Below, one piece after another: positions 22,215 to 31,988 of a stretch of 32,000 bases of DNA. The notes beneath the pieces are model-generated. The model was not told the origin of the DNA. It saw nothing but the letters and a program-made list of their open reading frames with translations, and ran no database searches. The position numbers and the translations under genes are program-made. The first letter of the stretch is position 1; each line of letters begins with the position of its first letter. The DNA is from Xylanibacter ruminicola 23. GTDB lineage: Bacteria > Bacteroidota > Bacteroidia > Bacteroidales > Bacteroidaceae. The DNA lies in contig NC_014033.1 of assembly GCF_000025925.1 (NCBI RefSeq), positions 1,920,001-1,952,000 of the forward strand, given 5' to 3'.

Positions 22215-24020
22215 ATGGAATATATCGTTTCGGCCAGAAAATACCGTCCGCTGAGCTTTGATACAGTGGTAGGTCAAGCGGCCCTCACTACTACACTGAA
22301 GAACGCAGTGAAGAGTGGGAAGCTGGCTCATGCCTATCTGTTCTGCGGACCGCGTGGTGTGGGTAAAACCACCTGCGCACGTATCTTTGCCAAGGCCATC
22401 AACTGCCAGCACCCTACGGCTGAGGGCGAGGCTTGTAATGAGTGTGAATCGTGCCAGAGCTTTAACGAGCAGCGATCGCTGAACATCTTTGAGCTCGACG
22501 CCGCATCGAACAACTCGGTTGAGCACATCAAGACCCTGATGGAGCAGACACGCATTCCACCGCAGTTGGGCAGGTATAAGGTGTTTATCATCGACGAGGT
22601 ACACATGCTCTCAACAGCCGCCTTCAACGCATTCCTGAAGACGCTGGAGGAGCCACCTGCACACGTGATATTCATTCTGGCCACCACCGAAAAGCATAAA
22701 ATACTGCCTACCATCCTGAGCCGTTGCCAGATATACGACTTTGAGCGTATGACCATACGCAACACCATCGACCACCTGAAGCATGTGGCCGAGCAGGAAG
22801 GCATTACCTACGAGGAGCAGGCATTGGCAGTGATTGCCGAGAAGGCTGATGGCGGTATGCGCGACGCCCTCTCTATCTTCGACCAGGCAGCATCGTTCTG
22901 TCAGGGCAACATCACCTACGAGAAGGTGATTGAGGACCTGAACGTGCTGGATAGCGAGAACTACTTTAAGATTATCGACCTGGCCATAGATAATAAGGTG
23001 AGCGACATTATGGTGCTGCTGAACGGCGTAATTAACAAAGGCTTTGACGGCGGACTGCTGATTCAGGGTCTGGCTAAGCATGTGCGTAACGTGCTGATGG
23101 CACGCGACCCACAGACACTGCCACTGCTGGAGGTGAGCGACCAGATGCGAGCACGCTACGAGGAGCAGGCAAAAAAATGCCAGATAACATTCCTGTACGA
23201 CGCGCTGAAGCTGATGAACCAGTGCGATATTAACTACCGCCAGTCGAGCAACAAGCGCCTGCTGGTAGAGCTCACACTGATTGAGATAGCCCAGATAACA
23301 CAGCCAGCGGAGGACGGCGCGAGTGCGGGGCGCAAGCCCCGACGACTGAAATCCCTGTTTAAGAACATGATTCAGCAACAGAAGCCCAAGAACGCAGCCC
23401 CACAGGTAGCTGCGGCTAAAGTTGCTGTATCGGCTGCTGCAGCTGTTACTGCAGAAGCAACTGGCGAAAGCCAGACGGCTGGCACCACTGCCAGCGAGGC
23501 AAGCACTACAAGCAATGCCAAGCCCAAGCTATCGCTGGGTGGCATCGGCTTTTCATGGAAGAAACTGCGCCAGCAGGATAATGGACCGCAGAAGGGCGGC
23601 ATGCAGATCATCCCAGGATCGATTAACATGCCTACCGGACAGGATGCCGTTACCGATGCACAGTTTACACAAACCGATCTGGAATTCCAGTGGATGGCCA
23701 TGTGTAACCGTATGCCACAGAAACTGAGCGGTATTGCTACCCGCATGAAGAACATGAACCCTGAGATAACAGAGTTTCCTACGGTTGAGGTAGTGGTGGA
23801 TAACGAGCTGATCAAGCAAGAGATTGAGGATATCCAGAAGAGCATTGCCAAAACACTGCAGGTATATCTGCACAACAACCAGATACAGATAACTGTTCGT
23901 GTAGCCGAACAAACGGAACACGTGAAGATACTATCACGACGCGAACAGTTTGAACAGATGGCAGAAAAAAATGCTGCCGTAGCAAAGCTACAGCAGGCAT
24001 TTGATTTAGAATTGGCTTGA
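22215..24020 (+). CDS. dnaX: DNA polymerase III subunit gamma/tau
   Basis: The ORF is 22188..24020. The start is the ATG at 22215 (MEYIVSARKYRPLSF). It has the Walker A motif GPRGVGKTT, the zinc module CxxC..C and the SRC motif (LSRCQ). Confidence 0.95.
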   Translation: MEYIVSARKYRPLSFDTVVGQAALTTTLKNAVKSGKLAHAYLFCGPRGVGKTTCARIFAKAINCQHPTAEGEACNECESCQSFNEQRSLNIFELDAASNNSVEHIKTLMEQTRIPPQLGRYKVFIIDEVHMLSTAAFNAFLKTLEEPPAHVIFILATTEKHKILPTILSRCQIYDFERMTIRNTIDHLKHVAEQEGITYEEQALAVIAEKADGGMRDALSIFDQAASFCQGNITYEKVIEDLNVLDSENYFKIIDLAIDNKVSDIMVLLNGVINKGFDGGLLIQGLAKHVRNVLMARDPQTLPLLEVSDQMRARYEEQAKKCQITFLYDALKLMNQCDINYRQSSNKRLLVELTLIEIAQITQPAEDGASAGRKPRRLKSLFKNMIQQQKPKNAAPQVAAAKVAVSAAAAVTAEATGESQTAGTTASEASTTSNAKPKLSLGGIGFSWKKLRQQDNGPQKGGMQIIPGSINMPTGQDAVTDAQFTQTDLEFQWMAMCNRMPQKLSGIATRMKNMNPEITEFPTVEVVVDNELIKQEIEDIQKSIAKTLQVYLHNNQIQITVRVAEQTEHVKILSRREQFEQMAEKNAAVAKLQQAFDLELA

Positions 24021-24047
24021 GTCATTCCGACTCAAGCCTTTTTCTTT
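24015..24047 (+). terminator. rho-independent terminator of dnaX, possibly bidirectional
   Basis: GCTTGAGTC-attcc-GACTCAAGC forms a 9-bp stem, followed by CTTTTTCTTTC. It overlaps the dnaX stop codon. Confidence 0.7.
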
Positions 24048-24050
24048 CTA

Positions 24051-24407
24051 TTAATCTCCAAGCAGTTTCTTAAGCAGCGCCATGCACTCATCGCGATTAA
24101 CGGGCTTTGAGAGGAAGCCGCAGCATCCAGCCTGTTCGGCAGCTGTACGGTCGCTATCAAAAGCATTGGCCGTAAGGGCTACAACAGGCAGCTCGGGATG
24201 CTTCTCCTTAATCTGGCGAGTGGCCTGCAAGCCGTCCATGACAGGCATCTTAATGTCCATCAGTACCAGATCGTAAGCATTGGCATCAACCATCTCAACT
24301 GCAATCTGACCGTTCTTGGCACGTTCAAACTCAAAATCCTTCTTAAGCAGATACGTCATCAGTACGTAATTGCTGTCATTGTCTTCAGCTACTAAAATCT
24401 TTTTCAT
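24051..24407 (-). CDS. single-domain response regulator (REC only, CheY-like)
   Basis: 118 aa with ILVAEDND, a phospho-acceptor context (DLVLMDIKMPVMDG) and ALTANA. There is no output domain. Confidence 0.9.
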   Translation of the reverse strand: MKKILVAEDNDSNYVLMTYLLKKDFEFERAKNGQIAVEMVDANAYDLVLMDIKMPVMDGLQATRQIKEKHPELPVVALTANAFDSDRTAAEQAGCCGFLSKPVNRDECMALLKKLLGD

Positions 24408-24418
24408 GTGTCAAAAAG

Positions 24419-25900
24419 TTATTTGTTAGTGAGTTTATCTTTCCACATCTTACTCATATCCTCGAGTGTCTTACCCTTGGTCTCAGGCACAAGGCGCCAT
24501 ACAAACAGGGCTGCCACTACGCAGATAATGCCATAGAGTCCGTAAGTGAACCAGTGACCAAAGTCGTCGCCCTCACTCAGGTGCATGTTGAACATGGGCA
24601 CGAACGATGAGCTGACGATGAAGTTTGAAATCCACTGGAATGCCACAGCAATAGCTACAGCACCACCACGGATGGTGTTGGGGAAAATCTCGGCAATGAG
24701 CACCCAGGTGATGGGGCCCCATGAGAACATGAACGAAGCCGAATATACCAACAGCGATGCAGCTGTAAGCATCTCGAGTCCGGCATGTCCGAAGGTAACT
24801 GCCACACCAAAGGCACCAAGTGCCATACCCAACGAACCGCTAATCAACAAAGGCTTACGTCCCCACTTCTCGACGGTGAACACAGCCACCAGGGTGAACG
24901 TAATATTAATAATACCCATAAATACAGTAAGAATCATGGGGTTATCCATTCCCATATCACCAAAGATACGTGGTGCATAGTAAAGCACGGCATTGATACC
25001 TACAGCCTGCTGGAATACTGAGAGCATGATACCCACAAAGATGCAGAGCGCACCGTAGGTGAGCAGCTTCTCGGTCTTAACAACCATGGTATCCTTGATA
25101 TCCTGCAGAATCTGCTGAGCCTTGGCTGTACCGTTGATCTTAGCCAGAATACCCTCGGCCTTCTTATCCTCGCCAATAGAAACAAGGTAACGTGGAGTTT
25201 CGGGTACAAAGCAGATGAGCAGTGCAAACAAGCCTGCAGGTACAGCCTCGCTACCAAACATATAGCGCCAACCGGTAGTAACTGTCCACTGTGCAGCAGG
25301 GGTAATCTCGGCAATCTGCTTACCGATATCCTCAACCAGTGGCTGCAGGTGGTCGCCCAGGATAAAGAAGTTAACGAAGTAAACTACCAGCTGACCGAAG
25401 ATAATGGCAAACTGGTTCCAGCTTACAAGCATACCACGGATATTTGAAGGGGCAACCTCGCCGATGTACATAGGACAGATGGCCGAAGCCAGACCTACAC
25501 CGATACCACCGATAACACGGTAGAAGTTGAACATCAGAGCCAGTGTGTAAGTGGGCTGACCGTACTCGAAGAACAGGAACTCAGGGTCCATTGAGCCGAG
25601 TGCTGAGATAAAGAACAGCAAACCGGCAACGATAAGCGACTTTTTACGTCCCAGGTTAGTGGCCAGGAATCCAGAGATGGCAGAACCGATGATACAGCCG
25701 ATGAGGGCAGAGGCAGAGGTAAAACCATGCCAGCCGTCGGTGTAATCAAAATCCTGCGCTGTTTTGAAAAACGCCTGTAATCCCTTTTCTGCACCGGATA
25801 TAACAGCAGTGTCGTATCCGAACAGCAGACCGCCAAGTACGGCGACCATCACGATTGAAATGAGGTAGGCCTTGCTACCTTGTTCTGTTTGTTGATTCAT
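24419..25900 (-). CDS. sugar porter family MFS transporter (XylE/AraE/GalP-like sugar:H+ symporter)
   Basis: 493 aa with GRKKSL, PETPRYL and EKWGRKPLL motifs and 12 predicted TM segments. Confidence 0.9.
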   Translation of the reverse strand: MNQQTEQGSKAYLISIVMVAVLGGLLFGYDTAVISGAEKGLQAFFKTAQDFDYTDGWHGFTSASALIGCIIGSAISGFLATNLGRKKSLIVAGLLFFISALGSMDPEFLFFEYGQPTYTLALMFNFYRVIGGIGVGLASAICPMYIGEVAPSNIRGMLVSWNQFAIIFGQLVVYFVNFFILGDHLQPLVEDIGKQIAEITPAAQWTVTTGWRYMFGSEAVPAGLFALLICFVPETPRYLVSIGEDKKAEGILAKINGTAKAQQILQDIKDTMVVKTEKLLTYGALCIFVGIMLSVFQQAVGINAVLYYAPRIFGDMGMDNPMILTVFMGIINITFTLVAVFTVEKWGRKPLLISGSLGMALGAFGVAVTFGHAGLEMLTAASLLVYSASFMFSWGPITWVLIAEIFPNTIRGGAVAIAVAFQWISNFIVSSSFVPMFNMHLSEGDDFGHWFTYGLYGIICVVAALFVWRLVPETKGKTLEDMSKMWKDKLTNK

Positions 25901-25902
25901 AA

Positions 25903-27738
25903 CTAATTATTTGTTTTAAGTTTAATTGGCAAACTGAGTGTAAAGGTGGTTCCAGCCGCAGAGGTCTGATCGAGCACAAGTGTGCCACCTAACTTGGCCA
26001 CGGTTTCGTGGCAGTAGGCCAGTCCCAGTCCTAATCCTTCCTTGAATTCATCTACCTTGGTAAAGCGGTTGAAGATGGTACCAATCTTATCCGACGGAAT
26101 ACCACAACCGGTATCCTCGATAGTGAAGTGGAAGTAGTTCTTATCTTTGCTGAGTATAAGACGGATATAGCCGTCGTCGGTAAACTTAGCCGAGTTCTCA
26201 AGAATGTTGCCCAACATCTGCAGCAAGCTGTCGCTGTTGGTGGTGAGCGTCTTGCTATGACCTTCGGCCTGATCTACCAGTTCCAGGCTCACACGGTCGG
26301 GATTAACTGGTGGCATGGCACTCAGGGCCTTGTGGCAGATATCAAGGGCATCGGTTTCCTCTACATCCTTCAGCAGGTCCTTGGTATGCTCATTAGCCAA
26401 AGCCAGCATCTTGTTAACCAACGATGTAATCTGACGGGTGTTCTTACCGATGGTGTCAGCCAGACTTTGACGCTCCTCGGGCTCAAACTCGGCATTAGGC
26501 TCCATCAGCACTTGGGTAAAGCCATTGATGATGTTGAGCGGGGTACGTATCTCGTGACTCACACTACGGATAAAATCGGTTTTCATCTCATCGGCTGCAG
26601 CCACCTGCTTATAAGCGCGTTTCAATTCCTTGTTCTTGGTGAGCAGCATCTCCTGGTAGCGGCGGCGACCATAGATCGATAAGGCCAGCGCAACTATCAG
26701 CATCAAGGCCAGCACCATGGCTATCACCAATACGATGTTCATGATACGGGCAGCCTTCTGCTTCTGGTTCAACAGGAACATCTCCTCTTCCTGATTCTGG
26801 ATGTTCTCGGCTATAATCACACCTGTGATAGAGTCGCGGGTATGCATCAGCTCACGCTGCAACAGGAAAGCCTTATCCGTATTGCCTAAATAAGTATAGA
26901 TATCGCAACTTACCAGATAGCGCTCTTTCAGGTTGGACAGATTCTCTACCTCGGCTAAGGCTGCCTGGGCATTGCCATTGAGCAGCGTTTGATAGATACG
27001 GGCATAGGGCAGGAAGATGTCGCCCTGAGGATTGGCATTCTTGGCATCCGACTGCTCGGCCAGAGCGATATACTTATGAAAATCGGCGTACCTGCGCTTT
27101 TTAAACATCACGATGGCCTTCATGGCATAGGCATCGGTCAGTCCACGCCAATAGTCCTTCTGATCCTTATTGCGTGCCAGCTCCTCTAAGTCCTTATCAA
27201 GCCATTTCAGCGTTTCTGCACTATTGTTATTAAGCTGTATGTGCGCCATACCTAAGTACAGGAAGCTCAGTCCGTCCTTCTCGTACTTGGTACCTTTAAT
27301 CAGCTCGATAGCCTTCTCAAACTCTTTCAGGGCACCAGGAATATTTCCACAGGCATTATACACATGACCTAACATCTTGGGCGCCAGATACTGCTCGTCC
27401 TTAGCCACATCACGACGGCGTACCAGGTCGTCCTTCATGGTGTTGGCAATATGGTAGGCATCGTGAATATTCAAGCGGTCGAGATTATACATCACACCGC
27501 ATACCCACGAGTCGTAATAGCCGGTATTGTCCTTACATTCTATGCAATGAGCCTGATAAGCCCAGCAAGCTGCATACACCTTATGAGAGTCGTCCTGAGA
27601 GCAGGCGGCCCACATCGCATCGCGCAGCTTGCTATGCTTAGCCGTGTCGTTACAAAAGTCAGTCTGAGACACCGCAGGCAACGTAACCAACAGTGTAGCA
27701 GTACATAAGATATATTTAGCCCAATGGTTCAAAGTCAT
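25903..27738 (-). CDS. sensor histidine kinase with a large TPR-like extracytoplasmic domain
   Basis: The ORF is 25903..27813. The start is the ATG at 27738 (MTLNHWAKYILCTATLLVTLPAVSQ). The helical-repeat region spans about 330 aa, followed by one TM helix, the H-box SHEIRTPLNII and HATPase_c. Confidence 0.85.
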   Translation of the reverse strand: MTLNHWAKYILCTATLLVTLPAVSQTDFCNDTAKHSKLRDAMWAACSQDDSHKVYAACWAYQAHCIECKDNTGYYDSWVCGVMYNLDRLNIHDAYHIANTMKDDLVRRRDVAKDEQYLAPKMLGHVYNACGNIPGALKEFEKAIELIKGTKYEKDGLSFLYLGMAHIQLNNNSAETLKWLDKDLEELARNKDQKDYWRGLTDAYAMKAIVMFKKRRYADFHKYIALAEQSDAKNANPQGDIFLPYARIYQTLLNGNAQAALAEVENLSNLKERYLVSCDIYTYLGNTDKAFLLQRELMHTRDSITGVIIAENIQNQEEEMFLLNQKQKAARIMNIVLVIAMVLALMLIVALALSIYGRRRYQEMLLTKNKELKRAYKQVAAADEMKTDFIRSVSHEIRTPLNIINGFTQVLMEPNAEFEPEERQSLADTIGKNTRQITSLVNKMLALANEHTKDLLKDVEETDALDICHKALSAMPPVNPDRVSLELVDQAEGHSKTLTTNSDSLLQMLGNILENSAKFTDDGYIRLILSKDKNYFHFTIEDTGCGIPSDKIGTIFNRFTKVDEFKEGLGLGLAYCHETVAKLGGTLVLDQTSAAGTTFTLSLPIKLKTNN

Positions 27739-27768
27739 TCTAAATAGGTTTATTTGGAAAATCCTCCG

Positions 27769-27776
27769 CAAAAGTA
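27769..27776 (-). promoter_or_regulatory. -7 box (TACTTTTG) for the kinase / porter / REC operon
   Basis: The reverse complement of caaaagta lies 30 nt upstream of the ATG at 27738. Confidence 0.45.
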
Positions 27777-27860
27777 ACGTTTTTCTGCGAAATCGCCAAA
27801 CTTTTTCGGGCATAAAATGTTATTTTTCGTATAAACTACACTAATATCAGAATTTTTATG

Positions 27861-27868
27861 TATTTTTG
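27861..27868 (+). promoter_or_regulatory. -7 box (TATTTTTG) for the arabinofuranosidase gene
   Basis: It lies 31 nt upstream of the ATG at 27900. Confidence 0.45.
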
Positions 27869-27899
27869 TGCCCGCTGACAACTAATTACAAAACGAGAT

Positions 27900-29909
27900 A
27901 TGAAACATTTATCAACAATCCTGCTGCTTGCAGCCAGTATGAGTGCTGGAGCGCAGACTCACGTTCTCGACGTGAACACCAAGAAATTAGGGGCACCCGT
28001 ACAGCCCACTATGTACGGTATCTTTTTCGAGGATATCAACTATGCGGCTGATGGCGGACTGTATGCCGAACTGGTGATGAACCGCTCGTTTGAGTACCCC
28101 AACCACTTTGCCGGATGGGATGTATCGGGCAACGTAACCATCAAGGACGACGGACCCTTTGAGCGTAATCCTCACTACGTACGTATGGCGCCTACAGGTC
28201 ATGGCGACAAGCACTCGATGATTGAGAATCGCGGATTCTTCGGCATGGGTGTTAAGGGCGGTCAGGAGTACCGTCTCTCGCTTTGGGCCCGTGTACCTGA
28301 TGGCGGTAAGGCCAAGCTGTGGATTGATCTGGTTGACAATGCCACCATGGGCGAAGACCAGAAGCTGTGCAACGCTGGCGTAGAGGTTAGCGGCAGCGAG
28401 TGGAAGAAGTACACAGCCACACTGAAGCCAAAGACTACCTTTGCCAAGGCGCACCTGCGCGTATGGGCAGATAGCAAGGTAACCACCGATGTAGAGCATG
28501 TAAGTCTGTTCCCAACCGACACCTGGAAGGGTCGCGAGAACGGCATGCGCAAGGACTTGGCTCAGGCCCTGTTCGATATGCACCCAGGCGTATTCCGTTT
28601 CCCTGGTGGCTGTATCGTTGAGGGTACCGATTTGGCTACACGTTACCAGTGGAAGAACACTGTAGGTCCCGTTGAGAACCGACCACTGAACGAGAACCGC
28701 TGGCACTATACATTCACCAACCGTTACTTCCCTGATTACTATCAGAGCTACGGTCTGGGATTCTTTGAGTTCTTCCAGCTGTGCGAGGACTTTGGTTCAG
28801 AGGCACTGCCAGTCATCTCATGCGGACTCTCTTGTCAGTTCCAGAACCCTGATCCTACCAAGCCTGGTGTACACGTAGCACTCGAGGATCTGGAGCCATA
28901 TATCCAGGATGCACTCGACCTGATTGAGTTTGCTAACGGTCCTGCCGACAGCAAGTGGGGTAAGGTGCGCGCCGAGATGGGCCATCCAGAGCCATTCAAC
29001 CTGAAGTATCTGGGTGTAGGTAACGAGCAGTGGGACTACGACGAGGCACATGGCGGTTTTGGACCTGTGTTCACAGCACGCCTGAAGAAGTTCAGCGATG
29101 CCATCCGTAAGAAGTATCCAAACATCAAGCTCATCGGTACCACAGGTCCTAACTCAGAGGGTTGGGATTTCGACCTGCTGCAGCCTCGTATGAAGGAGCT
29201 GAAGGTTGACCTGTACGACGAGCACTACTATCGCAACGAGGAGTGGTTCCTGAGCCACGGACTGCGTTACGACTCATACGACCGCAAGGGTCCAAAGGTA
29301 TTTGCTGGCGAGTATGCCTGTCACGGCAGCAACAAGCACAAGTGGAACCACTACTATACATCATTGCTGGAGGCTGCCCACATGACCGGTATCGAGCGTA
29401 ATGCCGACATCGTACACATGGCTACCTATGCCCCACTCTTTGCACACGTTGAGGGTTGGCAGTGGCGTCCAGACGCTATCTGGTACGACAACCTGCGCAT
29501 GTTCAAGTCGGTTAGCTACTATGTTCAGCAGCTCTATGCCATGAACAAGGGTACCAACGTACTGAAGCTGACAATGGACAAGAAACCTGTAGCAGGTCAG
29601 CCTGGTCAGGACGGTCTGTTTGCATCGAGCGTATGGGATGCTGCCACAGGCGAGGTGATTGTGAAGGTAGTAAACACTGGCGATCAGACACAGCCCGTTA
29701 GCATTCAGCTGCAGGGCATCAAGGGTGCACGTACAGCCAACACCATCACACTCTGTCACGATGGTATGGACGACGAGAACACCCTGGATCAGCCCGAGAA
29801 GATTATCCCTCAGCCAGGCACATGCCAGGTAGAGGCAGGCAAGCAGGCTGCGGTTATCAACGATAATCTGCCAGCTAAAAGCTTCCGCATTTACAAGATT
29901 AAAAAGTAA
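27900..29909 (+). CDS. secreted alpha-L-arabinofuranosidase (GH51-like, with an N-terminal CBM-like domain)
   Basis: 669 aa with a signal peptide. YGIFFEDINYAADGGLYAELV, RFPGGC, LGVGNEQWD and the C-terminal beta-sandwich are typical of GH51. Confidence 0.88.
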   Translation: MKHLSTILLLAASMSAGAQTHVLDVNTKKLGAPVQPTMYGIFFEDINYAADGGLYAELVMNRSFEYPNHFAGWDVSGNVTIKDDGPFERNPHYVRMAPTGHGDKHSMIENRGFFGMGVKGGQEYRLSLWARVPDGGKAKLWIDLVDNATMGEDQKLCNAGVEVSGSEWKKYTATLKPKTTFAKAHLRVWADSKVTTDVEHVSLFPTDTWKGRENGMRKDLAQALFDMHPGVFRFPGGCIVEGTDLATRYQWKNTVGPVENRPLNENRWHYTFTNRYFPDYYQSYGLGFFEFFQLCEDFGSEALPVISCGLSCQFQNPDPTKPGVHVALEDLEPYIQDALDLIEFANGPADSKWGKVRAEMGHPEPFNLKYLGVGNEQWDYDEAHGGFGPVFTARLKKFSDAIRKKYPNIKLIGTTGPNSEGWDFDLLQPRMKELKVDLYDEHYYRNEEWFLSHGLRYDSYDRKGPKVFAGEYACHGSNKHKWNHYYTSLLEAAHMTGIERNADIVHMATYAPLFAHVEGWQWRPDAIWYDNLRMFKSVSYYVQQLYAMNKGTNVLKLTMDKKPVAGQPGQDGLFASSVWDAATGEVIVKVVNTGDQTQPVSIQLQGIKGARTANTITLCHDGMDDENTLDQPEKIIPQPGTCQVEAGKQAAVINDNLPAKSFRIYKIKK

Positions 29910-29936
29910 TCAAGTATATCGCAACATCATCAAGAG

Positions 29937-29963
29937 TCCCGCTAAACAGCGGGATTCTTTTTT
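29937..29963 (+). terminator. rho-independent terminator of the arabinofuranosidase gene
   Basis: TCCCGCT-aaac-AGCGGGA is followed by TTCTTTTTT. Confidence 0.75.
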
Positions 29964-30038
29964 ATATATACGGGCGCGCGTTCAGTTAAATATTCTAAAA
30001 TAGTGGTATAACATACAGAAAATTAGTAATAAAATATG

Positions 30039-30046
30039 TAATTTTG
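30039..30046 (+). promoter_or_regulatory. -7 box (TAATTTTG) for the 30059 gene
   Basis: It lies 12 nt upstream of the ATG at 30059. Confidence 0.4.
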
Positions 30047-30058
30047 CAGGTTGAAAAC

Positions 30059-31048
30059 ATGTTATACAACTATATGGATAAGAAAGAAATTATTAGCATT
30101 TGTACAAAAGTAGTGGCTGGAATTCTGGTTACAGTCGGCATCTTTGCTGTAGTACCCATGATTATGCTGGCCATGGACATTATCGGTGTAAGAATGGCTC
30201 CAGAGGGAATGGAACTGCCATTTACATTCAAGAAACTTGGACTTGACGCAATGGAAGCTAGCAACCCAGGCGTACTTACAACTTACGTATTTACACTCGC
30301 AACAACATTGCTGGCTGCTATCTATGCCCTGCTGCACGCTATCGGCAGAGCTACATTCAACATTGCACCCATGAAGCGTATTGAGCAGATTGCAGTAGGT
30401 GCCATCTTCGTGGTATCACTCTGCGTATTGCTGCCCACTACCAAGCGTATTTTCGATGCTACAGAGAAGGCCCTGGTACCTCAGGATGAGGATCGCAACA
30501 CCTATATGGGCACACAGATGGATGAGTTTAGCAAGAACTACTTGATTAAGAACGGTTGGACTCTGGTTAAGCACGAGCACTGTAACGACAACTACGTACG
30601 TAAGGGCGAGTACTACACAGGCGACACCGAGCACGCATATCTGGATGCTTGGAACCCTGCAGGACAGCAGGTTTACCACGCAGAGAAGCGCATGCCTGTT
30701 GAGCCTGGTACATACCGCATAATCTGTAGCGCACGTGCCGAGGGTAACGGCTGTTACATCTTTGCAACTACAACCAGCAAGAAGAGCGGTCTGAAGCTTG
30801 TTGAGGTTCCTCACTATGGCAACAGCGGTGGTGAACTGTGGGAGAATGCTCCTGAGGGTTCAGACATCAAGGAGGCCAACAACGGCGAGGGCTTTGGCTG
30901 GAGCAAGGTAGTAGTTACCATCGAGGTGAAGGACGATGATACACTGGTATTCGGTGTGACAACCGATAAGAGCTTCACTGGAAAAGCCTACAACTCAAAG
31001 TGGTTCTCAGCAGCCGACTTCGAGGTTGAGCGCCTGAACATGAACTAA
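30059..31048 (+). CDS. hypothetical membrane-anchored protein (3 TM helices plus a C-terminal beta-rich domain)
   Basis: The ORF is 30044..31048. The preferred start is the ATG at 30059, downstream of the -7 box. I recognise no family. Confidence 0.6.
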   Translation: MLYNYMDKKEIISICTKVVAGILVTVGIFAVVPMIMLAMDIIGVRMAPEGMELPFTFKKLGLDAMEASNPGVLTTYVFTLATTLLAAIYALLHAIGRATFNIAPMKRIEQIAVGAIFVVSLCVLLPTTKRIFDATEKALVPQDEDRNTYMGTQMDEFSKNYLIKNGWTLVKHEHCNDNYVRKGEYYTGDTEHAYLDAWNPAGQQVYHAEKRMPVEPGTYRIICSARAEGNGCYIFATTTSKKSGLKLVEVPHYGNSGGELWENAPEGSDIKEANNGEGFGWSKVVVTIEVKDDDTLVFGVTTDKSFTGKAYNSKWFSAADFEVERLNMN

Positions 31049-31051
31049 TGA

Positions 31052-31897
31052 TTAAGAGTCCTGATGATAGGTTATCAAACCTTCTAAGGGACTCTTTAAT
31101 ATAGTACCCAAATGATAGCCTAGTGTTTGCAGCACTAGGCTTAATTGTGCCTGATAGTACCAAGCGATACTGCCTACAAACGATACGGGCAGTTCGGGAC
31201 GACCATAGCGAGAAAGATGCAGATTTACAAAATCACTGAAAGCGCTGTAAACCATCTCACGGATACCATCATCGTCGAGATGGCGATGAATAAACTCAGA
31301 GAATGAAGCCAGGAAACGATTAGGCTGTGGCTGACGGTAAACCTTATCAATAATATCCGACAATTTGAGTTTTGTTTCCTGTTCAAACATATTACGCACA
31401 CGCTGCGACAGAACGCCTGTATAGATGTCGTGAATCAAATGCTTACCTAACACAGCACCACTACCCTCATCGCCAATAATATAGCCCAGAGCGGGGGTGT
31501 TGTGAACAATCTTATGACCATCGTAAACACACGAGTTTGCACCTGTTCCAAGAATACATGCTATACCCGAAGTACGACCGCACAAGGCACGGGCAGCGCC
31601 TAACATATCGCTATGAGCCTCGATGGTTTGAGCCGCAGGGAATGCCTCACGCAGCAAACCTGTTACACGCTCCTCAACCTCAGGGCGCACACCACTACCA
31701 TAAAAATATACATCAGTAATCTCTACATCACCCAACTGGGTAAGCAGGTCGCGCACAAGCACCTGACGGAACTCGTCGTCTGACATATGGAAAGGATTCA
31801 GACCCACGGTATGGGCCTCAACAGGTTGAATAGAGTTATCGGCATTAATACAAACCCAATCGGTCTTTGTACTGCCACTATCGGCTATCAGTTTCAT
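31052..31897 (-). CDS. BadF/BadG/BcrA/BcrD-type ATPase, N-acetylglucosamine kinase-like
   Basis: 281 aa. It has the N-terminal MKLIADSGSTKTDW phosphate-1 motif and the GTGANS and GDEGSG motifs of ASKHA sugar kinases. Confidence 0.8.
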   Translation of the reverse strand: MKLIADSGSTKTDWVCINADNSIQPVEAHTVGLNPFHMSDDEFRQVLVRDLLTQLGDVEITDVYFYGSGVRPEVEERVTGLLREAFPAAQTIEAHSDMLGAARALCGRTSGIACILGTGANSCVYDGHKIVHNTPALGYIIGDEGSGAVLGKHLIHDIYTGVLSQRVRNMFEQETKLKLSDIIDKVYRQPQPNRFLASFSEFIHRHLDDDGIREMVYSAFSDFVNLHLSRYGRPELPVSFVGSIAWYYQAQLSLVLQTLGYHLGTILKSPLEGLITYHQDS

Positions 31898-31929
31898 AAC
31901 TAAGCAATGTTAAAGCGTTCATTTTGGTG

Positions 31930-31937
31930 CAAAAGTA
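31930..31937 (-). promoter_or_regulatory. -7 box (TACTTTTG) for the kinase-like gene
   Basis: The reverse complement of caaaagta lies 32 nt upstream of the ATG at 31897. Confidence 0.45.
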
Positions 31938-31980
31938 ACAAAAAATTTGGAGAACTTGCAGAAAATAAAGAAAAAAAGAG

Positions 31981-31988
31981 TAATTTTG
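31981..31988 (+). promoter_or_regulatory. -7 box (TAATTTTG) for a plus-strand gene beyond the window end
   Basis: It matches TAnnTTTG at the window edge and is divergent from the 31930 box. Confidence 0.35.

Noticed and set aside
23171-23177. A slippery A_AAA_AAA heptamer in dnaX that could give an E. coli-like -1 frameshift producing a gamma subunit.
   Set aside because: It lies at about codon 318, inside the conserved clamp-loader domain III rather than after it. The -1 frame runs about 20 codons before a stop, and I see no strong downstream stem-loop. It is probably just two Lys codons.
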